Source: Chlorokybus atmophyticus (lineage: Eukaryota; Plantae; Mesostigma and Chlorokybus algae). From it: DNA of 64,000 nucleotides. Positions 17,702 through 32,602 of this stretch are shown piece by piece (positions within the stretch are counted from its first letter, which is position 1; every line of letters begins with the position of its first letter). A program made the position numbers and the translations under genes. Location of the stretch: positions 124,001 to 188,000 of the forward strand of contig RHPI01002076.1 of the NCBI GenBank assembly GCA_009103225.1, in the 5' to 3' direction. The notes under the pieces are model-generated. The model did not search any database and was not told the DNA's origin. It saw nothing but the letters and a program-made list of their open reading frames with translations.

Positions 17702-19370
17702 CTAGAAGCTTCGCGACTGCACGGAGGAAACTGATGAGCTGCGGGACTTGCGCTTGATAGCTTCGCTGAAGTACTCTGCCGCGCTCATATTCGAGTCATT
17801 AATCTGCAACACCAGCAACAATACTTCCGTCAAATGTGAGTGACAATGTAACATTCAAACCCAAAACGCACGCTCACCTGAGATGGGCTGTCCTCGAACG
17901 CAGTCATGAAGTCATCGTGCTCGCGGACCTGTGGCGTGTCGGGCGCAAAGGTCATCTCCGCATTGCCGAACGAGTACACGCTGTGTGCTGATCCAGGAGG
18001 AGTCATGGTGCTGGCCAATTGTGGGTCACCCATTCCGAGTGTGGAGAGTATCCGCACAGAGCGTCTTGAATCACAGCCATAGTTCAATCCAGTCAAGAGA
18101 GGAGACCCGTCCAATGCGCACGGCAAGGTGCCTTCCACCTTCGTTTTGATTGATAGCTTACGCTCCAGAAGAAGTGTTGGGATCACGCTTGCGTCGGATG
18201 TTGCTCTCGGTCTCATCTCCGGAACCGTGTCCATCGCCTTACCTGCCGGTGCTGTCACCGACATTGCCCTGATGCGCCTGCAGGATGACACGTAGTATAC
18301 ACATCAACACATTGACACGCTGCTCTATCTCCTCCAAATCTAACATGTGCGCACAAACACACACATGCCACGAGCGCGACTGCGCACACACAACCTAGAC
18401 AGAAAGGCGCCAAACAACACTCACCCTTCATGTTGGAGAGCTTTTGTGGTGGGTGATCTAGGCGGTCTGGCGTGCCATGAAGGTGGTGTGGAGGAGCGCT
18501 TAGGTGTCGTTGTTGTTGTTGTCGCCTCATCATCGGACATGTAGAAAACGAAGTCGGGCGCACCACCGGATGGCGAGTTGTTGCCGCTTGGTGTCAATGG
18601 CGTTATTGACATATGGTCCTGCTCTGTTGACATGGTCAGCTCCAGCATCTCAAGCATGCCGAGCTCGGTCCTGTTTGACACAACAGGAGGAAGATGATAG
18701 ATTAGAAAACCATGCTGTGCCACTCCTGCTGCTATACTTACAGGGTGAGGTCTCAATCTCGCACGCACACCCACACCCACACCCACATGCACACGCACAC
18801 GCACACACAATCACAATCACAAGCACCTACACGCACGTCATAGAGATGGGAGAGTCACCCTATCACTTACTTGTAATTGTCTTGGATCTCTTTCGTCGCA
18901 GCAGTAGCCAGGTAAGTGCTCTTGTGCTGATGAAACATTGATTGCTGCGTACTCTACAACACAACAAACAGTTAGTCAGCAATCCAACCAAGCAAGCTTG
19001 TGTAGTAGAGTCCCTGCCACACATCACGACAGGGGGAGGACAGTCTCACCTGTGGTCCAGTTGCAGCTGCAGCTGTGGACGATGGAGGCGGATGCTCCAG
19101 CTGCGCTGCCAGGCGTGTAGCGAACAGCTGCGGGAGATTGCCCACCTTCACAGTCTGCATATCCTTTTGCACCACTCTTGTAGCTGAAAGTTAGGCTGAA
19201 GCGCAGTGCAATGCAGCTGTGCGGTGGAGGGATTGACTGAAGCTGCGCTCAGGCCAGGCTAGGAGAAGCTACCAAGCAGCCCCCTGTTGACGCTGTCGCT
19301 CTTGCTTCTGCCTCCAGGGGCCTGATCACCAAAATGGTAGCTGCGCCGCTCTCTGGCCGCTGGCCACCTC
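17702..19370 (-). CDS. Hypothetical Ser/Thr/Pro-rich multi-exon protein; 5' end not resolved
   Basis: At least five exons join in frame across GT-AG sites (..ATGPQ|STQQSMFHQHKSTYLATAATKEIQDNYK|TELGMLEMLEL..QHEG|RIRAMSV..EDSPSQ|INDSNMSAAEYFSEAIKRKSRSSSVSSVQSRSF*). No family recognised. Confidence 0.6.
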
Positions 19371-19712
19371 AACAACACCAGCAACAACGGCGGCGACCAC
19401 AACACTGCTGGTACGACTGCACTACCAGCACAACACTGTACTAGAAGCAGAGCTATAAGAAGGAGCGAGTGTTGGAAAGAGAGAGGGGGGACGAAAAGCT
19501 TTCAAACTGGTACTACCAGTAGCTGGCTCTGCCCTCTGAGCGTTTGCATGCGGCGTTATGCCTGTCAACCCCCTTTGTCAAGCGCCTTTCAACCTTCCCC
19601 TGCCTTGAAACTGCTGTTGCATGCGGTGGTCAGGTAGCCCAGGCGCGACCCTTGAAAGTCTCAGCACTAGGACAATGACACCATCAAGATATGCAACGTG
19701 AGTGCAGTTACA

Positions 19713-19752
19713 ATCTCTCTCTCACTCTCTCTCTCTCTTTCTCTCTCTCTCT
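19713..19752. repeat. Imperfect (CT)n microsatellite
   Basis: tctctctctcactctctctctctctttctctctctctct. Confidence 0.85.
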
Positions 19753-20146
19753 AGTCAAATCAATCAATCATTCCATCAGGCTGCAACTCTGCCCCAACTT
19801 GTGGCCTCAGCTCAGCTACAACTCCGCGGCATTGCATGCAAACACAGGGCTCTGATTTCTGAAATAGTGCCTCGGGATGCTGCTGTCCGCAAAGCAGGCA
19901 GGGCAAGATTGACGCATTTGTCGGCGCGGGACTTTCCTTTGCATGCGCCGCGCCGATCTCCTGCCAGCCGCAGTTGCAGATCGACCGGTCGAAGCCAAGG
20001 CAATGTGCATATCTCCTGGCGTACCAATGCCCATTCGTTTCATTGAATGACCGGCAGCGGATCGGATCGGTCAACGCTTAGCTAACGGAAGCAGAAATGG
20101 CGACGCTTCCGCGTTTGCTGCCGTTAGGTAACGAAAGTGAGTGGAA

Positions 20147-20166
20147 TTAGGGTTTGGGGTTAGGGT
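20147..20166 (+). promoter_or_regulatory. Telo-box-like motifs (TTAGGGTTT...TTAGGGT) upstream of MMTAG2
   Basis: TAGGGTTT at 20148-20155, about 200 bp before the ATG. Confidence 0.4.
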
Positions 20167-20352
20167 GTAGAAGTAAGAATTTGCCGGGTGGCGTTACGTA
20201 GCGGGGTCGGTGGTGGTCGAAGCGGCGGCGGCGGCGGTCCACCTTCAGGGGCCACGTGGAGGGTGGTCGTCAGGGCACGAGGGAGGGTGGATTTGTCCCC
20301 TGGCTGGCGTGTGGACAATTGGCGACTGACTTCTGGTCTGGTCGGGGGCGGG

Positions 20353-22182
20353 ATGTTTCATCCTAGCCGAGGAGGCGTTAGGGGCGGCAAAGACCGTAAG
20401 TGGGATGGATGCTAGCGACTTAGTAGGTGATTCTTGTCGTGCCACGTTGGCAGCATCGCTAAGGTCGCCGTATGCCAATGAGATGAGTCGAGTTGAGATG
20501 ATGACAGCATACGTTCGTCATTATCTTACATGACGACATACAGCATGCTGATTTAATTGAGGATCTCTCAGTGGTGTGTGCTCTGCTCGCGGCATGCAGT
20601 CAAGGCGGAGCATTGCACACTGCACATGCCGGTTCTCAAGTGCAGTCAACCGCATGGTAGCCGAATGAAATGACATCATGGACTACTACAAGTGCTTCAC
20701 GTCATGTTAACCGAGGCTACCACACTTCCTGCAGCGCATGCATTGAACGTTTGCTGTTGAGCTCCGATTGTGTTATCCCGGCATGTGCAATTACGGCGGG
20801 CAGAGCATTGCACAATGTACATGGCGTTTCTCTAGTGTCTTGATCGGGTGCTGCCATGCCATCGACTGCAGTCGATGGCACGCCAGCACCCGATCGATAT
20901 GAAATCATGTCCACTACCAGTGCTTCATAGGTTGATGTTCATAGTTGGTACCACATTGGCCTGCAGCGCATACATTGGACGTTTGCGATGTTGAGCTCCG
21001 AGTTTTGTAACGCATTTTGTGTAGATGACGGATATGATTTGCTCGCTCCTGGCCTTGTAGTGGTTGGTGCTGTGCAAGATCAGTTAGATAGCGATGCCTT
21101 GAGCCTCACATTGCCTATGGCAGAGTTCAACTGGGATGATGTGAAAGGCGACAAGCACAGGGAGAACTATCTTGGGCATTCGCTCAAGGCGCCTGTTGGG
21201 CGCTGGCAGAAAGGTGAGGTATTGGTATCCATGTGCCCCTTTTGACTCACGCTGAATCAAGCATCATGATGTCATACACCACAGCCTGCTGCAACAGTCG
21301 TATGCATTTGCAGGCAAGGACCTCACATGGTATGCAAAGGATTCCAAGAGCAAACCTGGAGTTGTCAATGCACAAGAGCTGGCATTACAGGTAAGTGGCT
21401 CAGTTGTAGCCTCGTACTGCAAGTGTTGCACATCATGCCTGCGCGCCCACGCGTGCGCACGTGCACCCGTGCAAGTACGCATGCATGCACACGCATGCAC
21501 GCATGGTGCTGTATCACGTGCAGCTTGTGATACCACAACATCAAGTCATTATCTTGATCATCAGCAAGTAGTTTCGGTGATGGTTGTTTCAAATACATCA
21601 ATTTGTGCATGCAGGAGGAGAAAAGACGGTTCAAGGAAGAGGAGGAGCAGATGATGCGAGAGGCTCTTGGCTTGGCGCCTGTAAGGGTTCGCAAAACAGT
21701 CCAACCGCTGGAAAAGCGAGAAATGGAGGAGTTGCTGCGCCACGGCCCCGGCGATGATGACACGGAGACAACTTTCAATCAGGCTGACCGCGTCGCTGGG
21801 CTTGGATACGGCCCGTAAGTTCAATGCCATTGACACCATTGACAAGATCGCTGCAGGGTGGACTGAAGGATTGCTTTTGTGCAGGTCGACGATAAAGAGT
21901 GCACAAGTTTTTGTTGACCACTTGCCTGGAGTTGGGGCCGAGGATGCACCTACCGTGAGTCCACGCGTGGTTGAGGAGCAAAGAGCTAAGCCGGAGGATG
22001 CACCGCAAAGCGATAGTGATAGAGAGCTGTCCCGTGATGAGCGCAAGCGTAGGAGGAAAGAAGAGAAACATGAAGCCAAAAGGTTGAGGAAAGAGGCGAA
22101 GGAGGAACGGCGAGCTAAGAAAGAAGACAGGAGAGAAGAAAGGAGAGAAGAGAGGAGAGAAGAGAAGAAACGAAAAGCTTAG
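20353..22182 (+). CDS. MMTAG2: Multiple myeloma tumor-associated protein 2 homolog (MMtag domain), 5 exons
   Basis: [68 protein letters not shown]-rich tail. Exons 20353-20395, 21124-21213, 21314-21390, 21615-21814, 21885-22182. Confidence 0.93.
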
Positions 22183-24494
22183 TAGTCGTTTGTCATTGCC
22201 TGACGCCGTCTGTCTGCCTCACAGGCATGGCATGGCTGTGTCCGCAGCCATGATGCACAATGTCAAGCCATGAGCATGCAGTGTAGATCCACACAAGGAT
22301 GGTGGATGCTGGGAATCCATGCGCAATGTCTTTTGCTATGTGCAGCGATGTGGTCTTGGTGTATTCGCCGTGATGAAGCCTTTATGCATGTAGCAGTGTG
22401 CGCAATCACAGTACCCAGTACTCAATTACACTCAGTGTTAACCAAGTCGATGGCATGCCGGCGCATTTTATGCCTCCTGCTCTTGACTTCGTCACACAAA
22501 TAGCTTCATCTTCATTGCATTTTAGCGTCTGCCTCAAACATATCTTTGAGATGCAAGGGCCTGTGCGAGCTTATGGGAGTTGTGTCTCTGATGGGATCAG
22601 CTCAAAAGCTGACAGCAATATCCTTGGCCCTATGCATGGCCCGTAGCTGTGCTAGCTTGCTGTGTGGTTGTAAGCTGGCTGTTGGCTCTATGGTTAATGA
22701 TGGTTGGTCTTGTGTGCTACTTGTGCTAATGGCCCCGACTGCTATACCATATGCATGCCAACTGCTCTGCCTGATGCCAGTCTTGAGAAGCGATTGCGAC
22801 TATGCACAAACAACGAGCATTCTATCATATTTACGCTGGCAGTGCTAGAACAATTGACGGCAGGTCGGGCAGCTCCTGTCCATGTGTTCCAGCCACTGCA
22901 CTGTGCATCATTCGAAGCTGGCACACTGACGATTGCCACACTACCCTTCCACCCAAACTGTGTGCTATTGAGTGCAATGAGGTTCTTGCGCACCAGCCTC
23001 TAATGAGGACGCTGACCATGAGGACACTGACCATGAGGGAGAAGCGAGAGGGCGGTAGAGCCAGCGTGGTACAGCGTGGTACAGGTGGTAGGTCCTGGCA
23101 CCCAATTCGTGCAAAGCACCTGCACCACACCGCTGTCATACATTTGTCTGTCCACAGCTCAACACCGGGCGTTAGCACAGACGCTTGTGCACACGCACGC
23201 GCGCACGCACAAGTGGTGGCAGTTGGTGCTGATAAAGGCATTGTTGTGCAGCAGCGTGATTCGAACGTGGTGATGGGTTCAGCAGGTGCAAGGATTGGTT
23301 GTTCAACCATGACAGAGTTGCACAGCATCATTAGCAACGAAGCTTCACCTGGCCTAAGGAGTTGTACACGTTATACACGAGAACACTGAGCGTGAGCTAT
23401 GGGTGTCCTGATAGCACACATGCACGAGTTTGCCGTGCATGACTTTGTGGACACACGCGCACACAAACGCATGTGCACGTGCAGACACACCAACACACGC
23501 ATGCACGCACATGCAGAGGGTATAAGTCATGCATGTACACGCACTGACTCACTCCACTCGCACACCTACGCACATGTGCACGCGCACTCAACAAGAAACC
23601 GGAGGCAGCATCAAGAAGGCTCTGGACTAGCGATACCTCTCCTTCCACCTCCCAGCACCACCTTCCCTGCAAAGCCCTGCAAAGTCCCTCCCCTCATGGT
23701 GGCTCTGACTGATCACATTGTTGTGGAATGCTCAGCAAGGCTCGTCATGAAGCACTCCACAACAGTATTATGCTCAGTCACATAAATGGGAGAGTTGTGA
23801 TGGAAAAGCTAGAGTAAAGTGGACCACGCTGACCCAGCTGCTCACAGACACAGAGGCCATCCATATGGATGGGCGCATGGCGTGCGGCAGGCTTGGGCGA
23901 AGTTCTGGTGAGCAGCTGGGCTTGTCCTGGCCAAGGTCCTGGCCAGGGTTCTTGCTGTGCTTGGGACTGGCCGTCGTTTCAGCCAAGTGTGCTTCCCGCC
24001 CAGGGCCGGCTGGCCGAGCAGCTGATCAGAGCAGCCGGTCCAGTGTCCAGCTGGGGCCTTCATGGCTGGAATTGAAGAGCATGCGCAAAGCCAGGCGAGG
24101 CCAGCAGCTGGACCCGGTGACAAGGTGCGTTGAGCATTATGTAATGCTGACATGACACTTGGTAAATTGCGCGTTCACGCTGCAAGTGCCTGCTTGCCAA
24201 GCAGCTGCAGTTGTAGCACAGCACATGCATTGATGTCAACACATTACAAATGGTTAGTGTGCGTGCGCGTGCGTGTGCGTGTGCGTGTGTGCTTGTGAGC
24301 ACGCTTTTGTGCGCGTGTGCGTGTGTATGCGTGCACATGTGTGCGCATGCTTGCGCATGTGTGGTGGTCTTTCAAAGTCAGCTACCATCTGCACTGCATT
24401 GCATATGCACATGTTAGAGCTGAAACATAACAGACAATGCGGTTCTGTTGCTGCATTGTGTGAACGGAGAAAAAAACTCTGTTGCTACTGCAGC

Positions 24495-25134
24495 ATGCGG
24501 ACGCCATGTACGGACGGGCAGGCCAGTGCAGCTTTACTGGTACAAGATATGGATAACGGCAATCTGGTGCGATTGATCGTTATGTGCTTAGGTCCAAAAG
24601 ACGGCGCGCGTGTCCGCTGCATCAACAAGCTGTGGAGACACGCTGCCGATGATGTCGAGGATGAGTACTACCAGTTGAGGTGGCCGGACCACGCATTGCT
24701 AAGGGCTCATGTGCATCTATGTTTCGCGAAGATGCCACACGCAAATTCTCATGGTGCAGACCTGACCCGTCAGATGGCTTTCATCATGGCAAAGTACAAC
24801 GGTCGCAACCTGATTATGCCGAATGATGCTGCCATGGGGTAATGAACACAATGCGCACTCGATTCACCGAGACGTCAACGACGGGGACCACATGGTCGTT
24901 CTAGCATCGGCTGAGGTGCTGCAGACTGTGGCTGATTCTCTCACCCAGAGCATTGTCATAGACATTATTGTGGTGCGTGACGGTGAGCTGCTGCACATCC
25001 AATCGACCCAGGAGTGCTTCTCTCAACCCCCGTGTTGCGTGTGCGGGGATGGCTTTGGTATGATTTGGTATAATTTGTTTATACCGATTCCTGACCCTCG
25101 GCCATACTCCTCGAGGCTATGCAGGAGGGCTTGA
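24495..25134 (+). pseudogene. F-box domain gene, copy 1, with one frameshift near 24835
   Basis: DNGNLVRLIVMCLGPKDGARVRCINKLWRHAADDVEDEYY is F-box-like. ORF stops at 24842, but homology to copy 2 continues in another frame to 25134, and no intron tested restores the frame. Confidence 0.65.
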
Positions 25135-26954
25135 CCTTGTGTTCGAGCAAGTTCAGGGGCTAGGTGACGAGCCAAATGTGGCTATGTTTGTCTAAAGACA
25201 CGCACGCTGGAACCTACGTAACCCTGTAGGATTGCTGGAATCACTTGTGAAAATAAAACACATATGTATTTTGAGTTAAATATGCATGAATACATGCATG
25301 CAACCGTGTTGTTGTGATGTGAGCTTACTCTAAGCTTCATAACAGCCCAACGTGAAGCGACTGATGTGCATACGCGCCCGTGTGTGCGGGTGTGCGGGTG
25401 CGGGCATGCGCGCATTGTCACTTCACACCAGCTGTCGTCTGCCGCAACGCTTCCAACTGCAGCATGTTGGCATTGAGCACTGACCCCCATCATGGGCCGC
25501 CATCGTGATGATCAATGCACAACTGTTTGTTCAAAATTGTCCCAGGCTGCAAAGCATGCCATAAGTCTTAGGTTGTTGTTTGCCAAGCATCTTGCAACAC
25601 AGACAGCGCATTACTGCAGTTGAAACTTTGCTACTACTACTGCAGTACAAGTGTTGCCCATGCTGCTGCTAGTGTGGCCACACTGCTTGCACCGTTACAC
25701 CCACTGCAGCCGCTACTGCTGTGACTACCACTATTACGACAACTTCTACCACTACTAGCTGCTACCTTGGCTACTGCTGTTACAACAAAACTGCTGCAAC
25801 ACGCCCACGCACAACCACAGTTCTGTCAGTAGCAGTGCTGACAGCATTGCTATACGCAACCAGTGAACGTCGCATACCAGATGAATGTGTACGCACTGTG
25901 TGACAGCCACGCAGCAAGTAAACCAGCACAACCTTGAGCAGGCGACTGAAATAGGCGGCTAACCAGTTGTCACCTTTGCCAAGGATCGGTAGCAGCTAAT
26001 GCTTGGCTGCCACACGCTCTTCCCAAACATGCCCACGCACGCAAGTTCCATGCACCGCCTGCCTTGCGGCGCTGTCACGCGAGCATGCAGCAGACGTAAG
26101 CCTACCCGCCCCGCTGCCAGCCCCGCCGCCGCCGCTCATGCCTGCCTCACACCAAAGGCAGACACACTGGCAGGCTAGCTCAGTAGTGCTGCATTCTGTT
26201 ATGTGAAGCTGTCTGTATGGCTACTGACAGCGGTGGCGGTGGTGGTGGAGGCGTTGGTGGCATAGGCGAAAGGAGGCCAGGTTAGGGCGTGTAGCTGGAT
26301 TTGTTCACCTTGGCTGGCTGGTGAGTGTCGTGGGCGTCATGGAGGCTGCGTTTTGCTGACGCTCATGCAAGCCCACCCGATCAGACCAGTGGACTTGGTG
26401 GCCACTTGTTCGTAAACCCCTAGCCCACTGCCAGGCAGATAGCGGTGCAAAGGTGCTGTAAGAGTTAAGAAATGTGCTGTTATTGACGCAATGTATAATG
26501 GCTTGTTGCTCCTTCTTCGTCTCAAGACTGCCGGTCAGCGAGCGGTTGTCCATGCAGCACAGTGGTAACACCTTGCTGAGCATCGCAACCAAGTGACATT
26601 GGCTTTCATATATCATAAAAGCCAAGGTTGTTGTCACTGCATGCCACTTGTGTCACGCAAGCTGTGTGGGGTCACCTTTGTTGAGTCAGCGAGTGTCTAC
26701 TCGGCTGCACTCTAGGCTGCAACTGAGCGTGTTGCTTCACCTTGGTCAGCTACTGTTTGCTTAGCTGCGTTGCCTCCAACTGCACCTGAGTGTTTTAACT
26801 GCAACAGATCAAGTGTAATAGTGCCTGCGTGCAGTTGTCTAGTGTTCATTGCCCATGTCCCAAACATTCTCAACTTTGCTCTGCTTGCTTCTCAGCACTG
26901 CATGCAGGTCTGATGCGGGGAGGGGTACTCCGAGAAAGTGCCAGCGGCTGTGTT

Positions 26955-27587
26955 TACAGAACGGCGACCTACTGCGCTTGATCATTAAGTTCTTATGTCT
27001 TATTTTCAAGAGATGGCGCGAGACGTGTTCGGTGTCAACAAGCAATGGAAGCAGGCATTTGGTGATGTTCGGGACGAGTACTATCATCGTATATGGCCGC
27101 TGCACGTCATGCTGGGGACTCGCGTGCAGCTTTTACAAGATGAACGCGTGTGAACGGTATCTGGTCCAACCTCTCACGCAAATGCTTAGGAGCTTAGATA
27201 TGTGGCCTTCGTCATGGTGCGCTACAATCGCAGTTTCCGCGTGCCGTACGAGTCGCCGCTGTTAGATATGGAGTGGAATGGCGACATCGTTACGCTAACG
27301 CGGAGTCAATGGAGACTGTGCTTGGGTCCAGCAACGCAGGAGACAGTGCACTGCAGTCTATAGGTGGTGTGATAGCTGACCGAGTTATGCTTGACATCTT
27401 TGTAGTGAGGGCATCAGCTCGGATGGAAAGATGCAAATTCCAGCTACGCAGTACTTTCTTCCCGTACGACATGTTTACGGACGGCAGAGGCATGCTGCGC
27501 TATGAGGTGTGCATCACCACAACCGAGGCAAATAGCTACCTTCTTGCAGGAGGCCTTCACATTGGCATGTTTGGTCTGATTGCATGA
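26955..27587 (+). pseudogene. F-box domain gene, copy 2, with multiple frameshifts
   Basis: Fragments NGDLLRLIIKFL / GVNKQWKQAFGDVRDEYYHRIWPLH / AFVMVRYNRSFRVP / ALQSIGGVIADRVMLDIFVVR align colinearly with copy 1 but in different frames. Confidence 0.65.
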
Positions 27588-28251
27588 AGCAGTTCAGGGG
27601 CCATTTGATTAATTGCAGATGCGCCGCGCGTCAAGCGGCTTGTCGTTGAGGCACCATCATGGTATGTCGATGATCAGTACTACTCTGGACAGAAGATGCC
27701 ATCACAGTGTATTGTAGCATAATAAAACCGTAATGTACGAGCAACACAGGGCAACATGTGCACTTGCAATGTTGACCGGGCATGGGTACCTGAGAGCTGT
27801 TATCTGGCCAGCTTTTGTCCACTACACCACTGCTAGTGTTTCAGAACGCATGCACGCGTGCGTTCGTGCATGTGTAAGCACGTGCGCTTGCGTGCGTGTC
27901 TATCATTGCGCGTGTGCACGCGTGAGAGCGTGTGTAAAGTGTGCGTGTGCGTCTCGCATAACCAACGTAGAATTGTATTATTGCAACCACATGACACCGG
28001 TCTAGCATGGTTGTCGCTTGTAAGCAACAACGTTGCGGTCATCTGGCAAGCTTGAGTGTGGCAGGCTGCAACACGCGGTCAGTTTGCTTATGGCTGTACA
28101 GTCCAACAATTAGAGAGCTTGACACGTTCACATTGCTGATTTCTACTGCTTGAACCCAAATCCGGACCCGAACATAGGCTATGCTATCATTTCGAACGTT
28201 TCAGACTTTCAGACCTCAGGCAGATGACTCTGACTCAGAATCGGATTCACT

Positions 28252-29611
<1,360 letters not shown>

Positions 29612-30311
29612 GTCCAGATGGGGTCTAGCCAATGGACCTGCGGTCCCAATAAGACAGAGAGCACGGTCAACTTCATCCAGTGCAGATCCCCTGGTTGGCC
29701 CCGCCTACCATCCTGGCGCTTGCATGCGTACAAACTACGCACAACGCTAGCATGAAATTTCTCAGGTGAAGCGTGGGATGCTGCAAGGTTAAGCATGAAG
29801 TGGCCATTTCAGGCATGTACCGACGTCAGTCACATCACCGGATTTGCAGGAGTTGAAGCCCAATGCCCAATGCCAAACTATAATACCAGCACCTTCTGGC
29901 AATCAGCTCAGTCCTTAGGAAGCTTTTGTAGCTTCCTCGGCAATGTAGCTAGCTTCTGTAGCTTGTCTGGGAAGTACACGACCGCAACATTTGTGGACCT
30001 TGTACGCATAACACATCAAAGCCCATCTGCCGCACCATCTGTTGTGCCTCCACACAGACAGATTGAACGTGGACTCTCAGGTCGTCATGGGTGCAACTCC
30101 TGACAGCAGGAGAGAGTTACACGCAGTTGTGTGCCTGTGTATGTATATGGGATTAGAGAGGAGAGCACTCGCTTTACAAGCAGTTACGTGAACAAGTGTG
30201 TGAGGTTGTGTGTGAGAAGATGCACACTGAAGGGCACTGTTCAGAGGTATGCACTCGGGCCGCCCCTGTATATGGGTTCATTCATTCATCAAGCACTGCT
30301 GATTCTGAGTC

Positions 30312-30407
30312 AAAATCAGCAGTGCTGCCAAGCACATGCACTGCGAGTACAACATGTGTACAGCACGCAGGTATGCATATGACGGCTCGCTAAGTCATCA
30401 TCTCTCC
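30312..30407 (-). ncRNA. Diverged box C/D-like unit U0 (outlying member of the array)
   Basis: Minus strand GGAGAG-ATGATGA...CAGTGCATGTG..AGCACTG-CTGA-TTTT with a weak 4-bp wobble stem. Confidence 0.3.
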
Positions 30408-32001
30408 AGTTGAGGTGGTGTACAGACATAGGTCAATGAAAACCAGTCTATACTCAATCATACATTGGTCACCCTAGTGGCCTAAGCGCACATGCACAAA
30501 TGCACACGCGCGCGCGTAGATACATGCACAGGTACACCACCTGTGCATGTAGAGATGCAGGCAGAGATGCACACCTGGTAGCTTACTTAGTGATGTCACG
30601 TGGCACGCCTTTGCAGTGGGATTGACGGGAGCATTGTGTCGTGGAATGTGCAGCAGCTCTCCATCAGAAGCCCTCACCACAAAAGGTGTCCAGCATAACT
30701 TGGTCAGCTGTGACACCAGGTATGGTTTGCAGTCAATGTTGCACTCTCATGCGCGTGCAACGAACTACCTGACAGACCCTATACATCTACAAACAGTGCA
30801 CTCACTGTCCGCAACAGGCACGCACGCACGCATCGACCGTTCACGATACAATCAGTCAGTTACATTATGCACACACGCACACACGCACGCCTGCACACAT
30901 ACATACAGACAACCCCATACGCACATACAACTGCAACGTGCGAGAATAACAGAGTGGTATGCACACGTGCCCATGCCCATGCGCGTCAGTCAGCGCACAC
31001 ATGCGCACTGTGATGGCACGCTTGCATGCACAGAAACACATGCGCGCGCACGCGTATATACACAACACTGCTTGGCAAAGCCACGGTGCCACACACATAC
31101 ACGCAAATGCTAACATTGGTGTAGTACAACAATGCACGTGCATCGGCGCGATCACACACTGTCACTCTCCCACTTGTTGGGACTGTCGCTGCCACTAGTT
31201 GCATGTACCAGTAGACTTTGATGGTTGTGGATGACACAGTGGTCACCACTCTGTCATCTACCATACAGAGACACGGTGTCTATGTGTGATAGCATGCGGC
31301 ATAACAAGAGCGGCGCTTGTTCGTATCATGCACCCAGCGCCACCCGCAGCTTATTCAACTTCACATGCGTCACCAGGAGGCACTCGCACTCGCACATTTC
31401 ACTCACTTCTCTCAACTTCCTCAACTTGAGCTCTTAGAACGCTCTCCCTTCTTAAGACAGCAAGTTGCGCAATAGTCGTCTGAGTGTGTCCAATACTGCT
31501 CACATCTGTCATTGCACTGCTGCATATGTATATGTATCAAAAGATCTGGAAGCAATATGTGCGATGTGTGTGTGTGTGTGCGTGTGCGCGCCCGCGCGTC
31601 AACGTGCGAGGTAGAGCCCCACAGCACTTAACACACGCGGCATGTACTTATGTGTATAGAGTGTGAGCTATAGCGGCTAATACCAGCGTGAGGACCCTTG
31701 GTTTTGGAAGCGCCTGCTATTGTGGTTGTGCCTGCCAGCAACTCTGCAGTGAGAAAAACGTTGTTCCATAACGCTCTCAACGTTGGTCAGCAAAGGTACA
31801 GTCATTACACTTGACGGCGGCCAACCTGCAGCTGAGGGTGGTTGCATCCGGCTTTGCGCACTCAAACGACAGGCGACTTCTCGCGTGTATCAATCAACAT
31901 GCAAGACGAAAGCCACTACGACGTGGGTGGTTGGCACGAGAAGTAATCTCACACTAGCAACGTACATTTGGGACAAAGTACAACAACGTGAGTCAAGTCA
32001 A

Positions 32002-32069
32002 GGGATCAGCAAGTGCTTTATCGCATCAGCGTGCGCTGAATCCAGCAAACTTCGAGTCCATCACATCCC
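32002..32069 (-). ncRNA. Box C/D-like guide RNA unit U1
   Basis: GGGA-TGTGATGG-ACTCGAAGTTTGCTGGATT-CAGC GCAC GCTG-ATGC-GATAAAGCACTTG-CTGA-TCCC. Confidence 0.6.
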
Positions 32070-32602
32070 AGAACTTCACGGACTTGTAGACAAGGCATGT
32101 CGCACGGCTTCAAGGCTGGCAGCAGCACTTAATCCAACGCCTGCGCAACATGCTAGCGAACTACACATGACGGTCATGTTACCGTGACTCATGTGGGTTG
32201 CCACACCGCACTGCAAAGCCTCCATGTCAGGAATGGTGACAGCCTACAATAGATGCTATGGCACGCCACTGTCGCATGTGTATGGTTCATGCAAATGTCA
32301 TGAACCATTCAACGACCGTCAGGGGGCTCTGATGCGGAAACACACAGAGTCACCTGGTAGAGTCTCAGCCATAACCACTGCATGCATTGTCGTCGTATTT
32401 CACTGCATGACATATGCATATGGTAGATAGCAGGCATTGTGGCACAGTTGAGCAGGCAGTGCATCAGTGAGTGCCAAACGAAACAACTTACAACTTCGCA
32501 CATGTATGCAGCGCCAGAGTCAATATTAGCCAACAGTCAACGCATGGCATGCTGGAGTAAAGGAAAGGTGCGCTTCAAGGATGTTGTACTGGCAAGAGAG
32601 TC

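Noticed and set aside
20147-20166. Interstitial telomere
   Set aside because: Only one or two degenerate TTAGGG(T) units; better explained as a telo-box
22700-24150. Overlapping ORFs on both strands downstream of MMTAG2
   Set aside because: No consistent spliced model or domain; stops in all frames at 23580-23760
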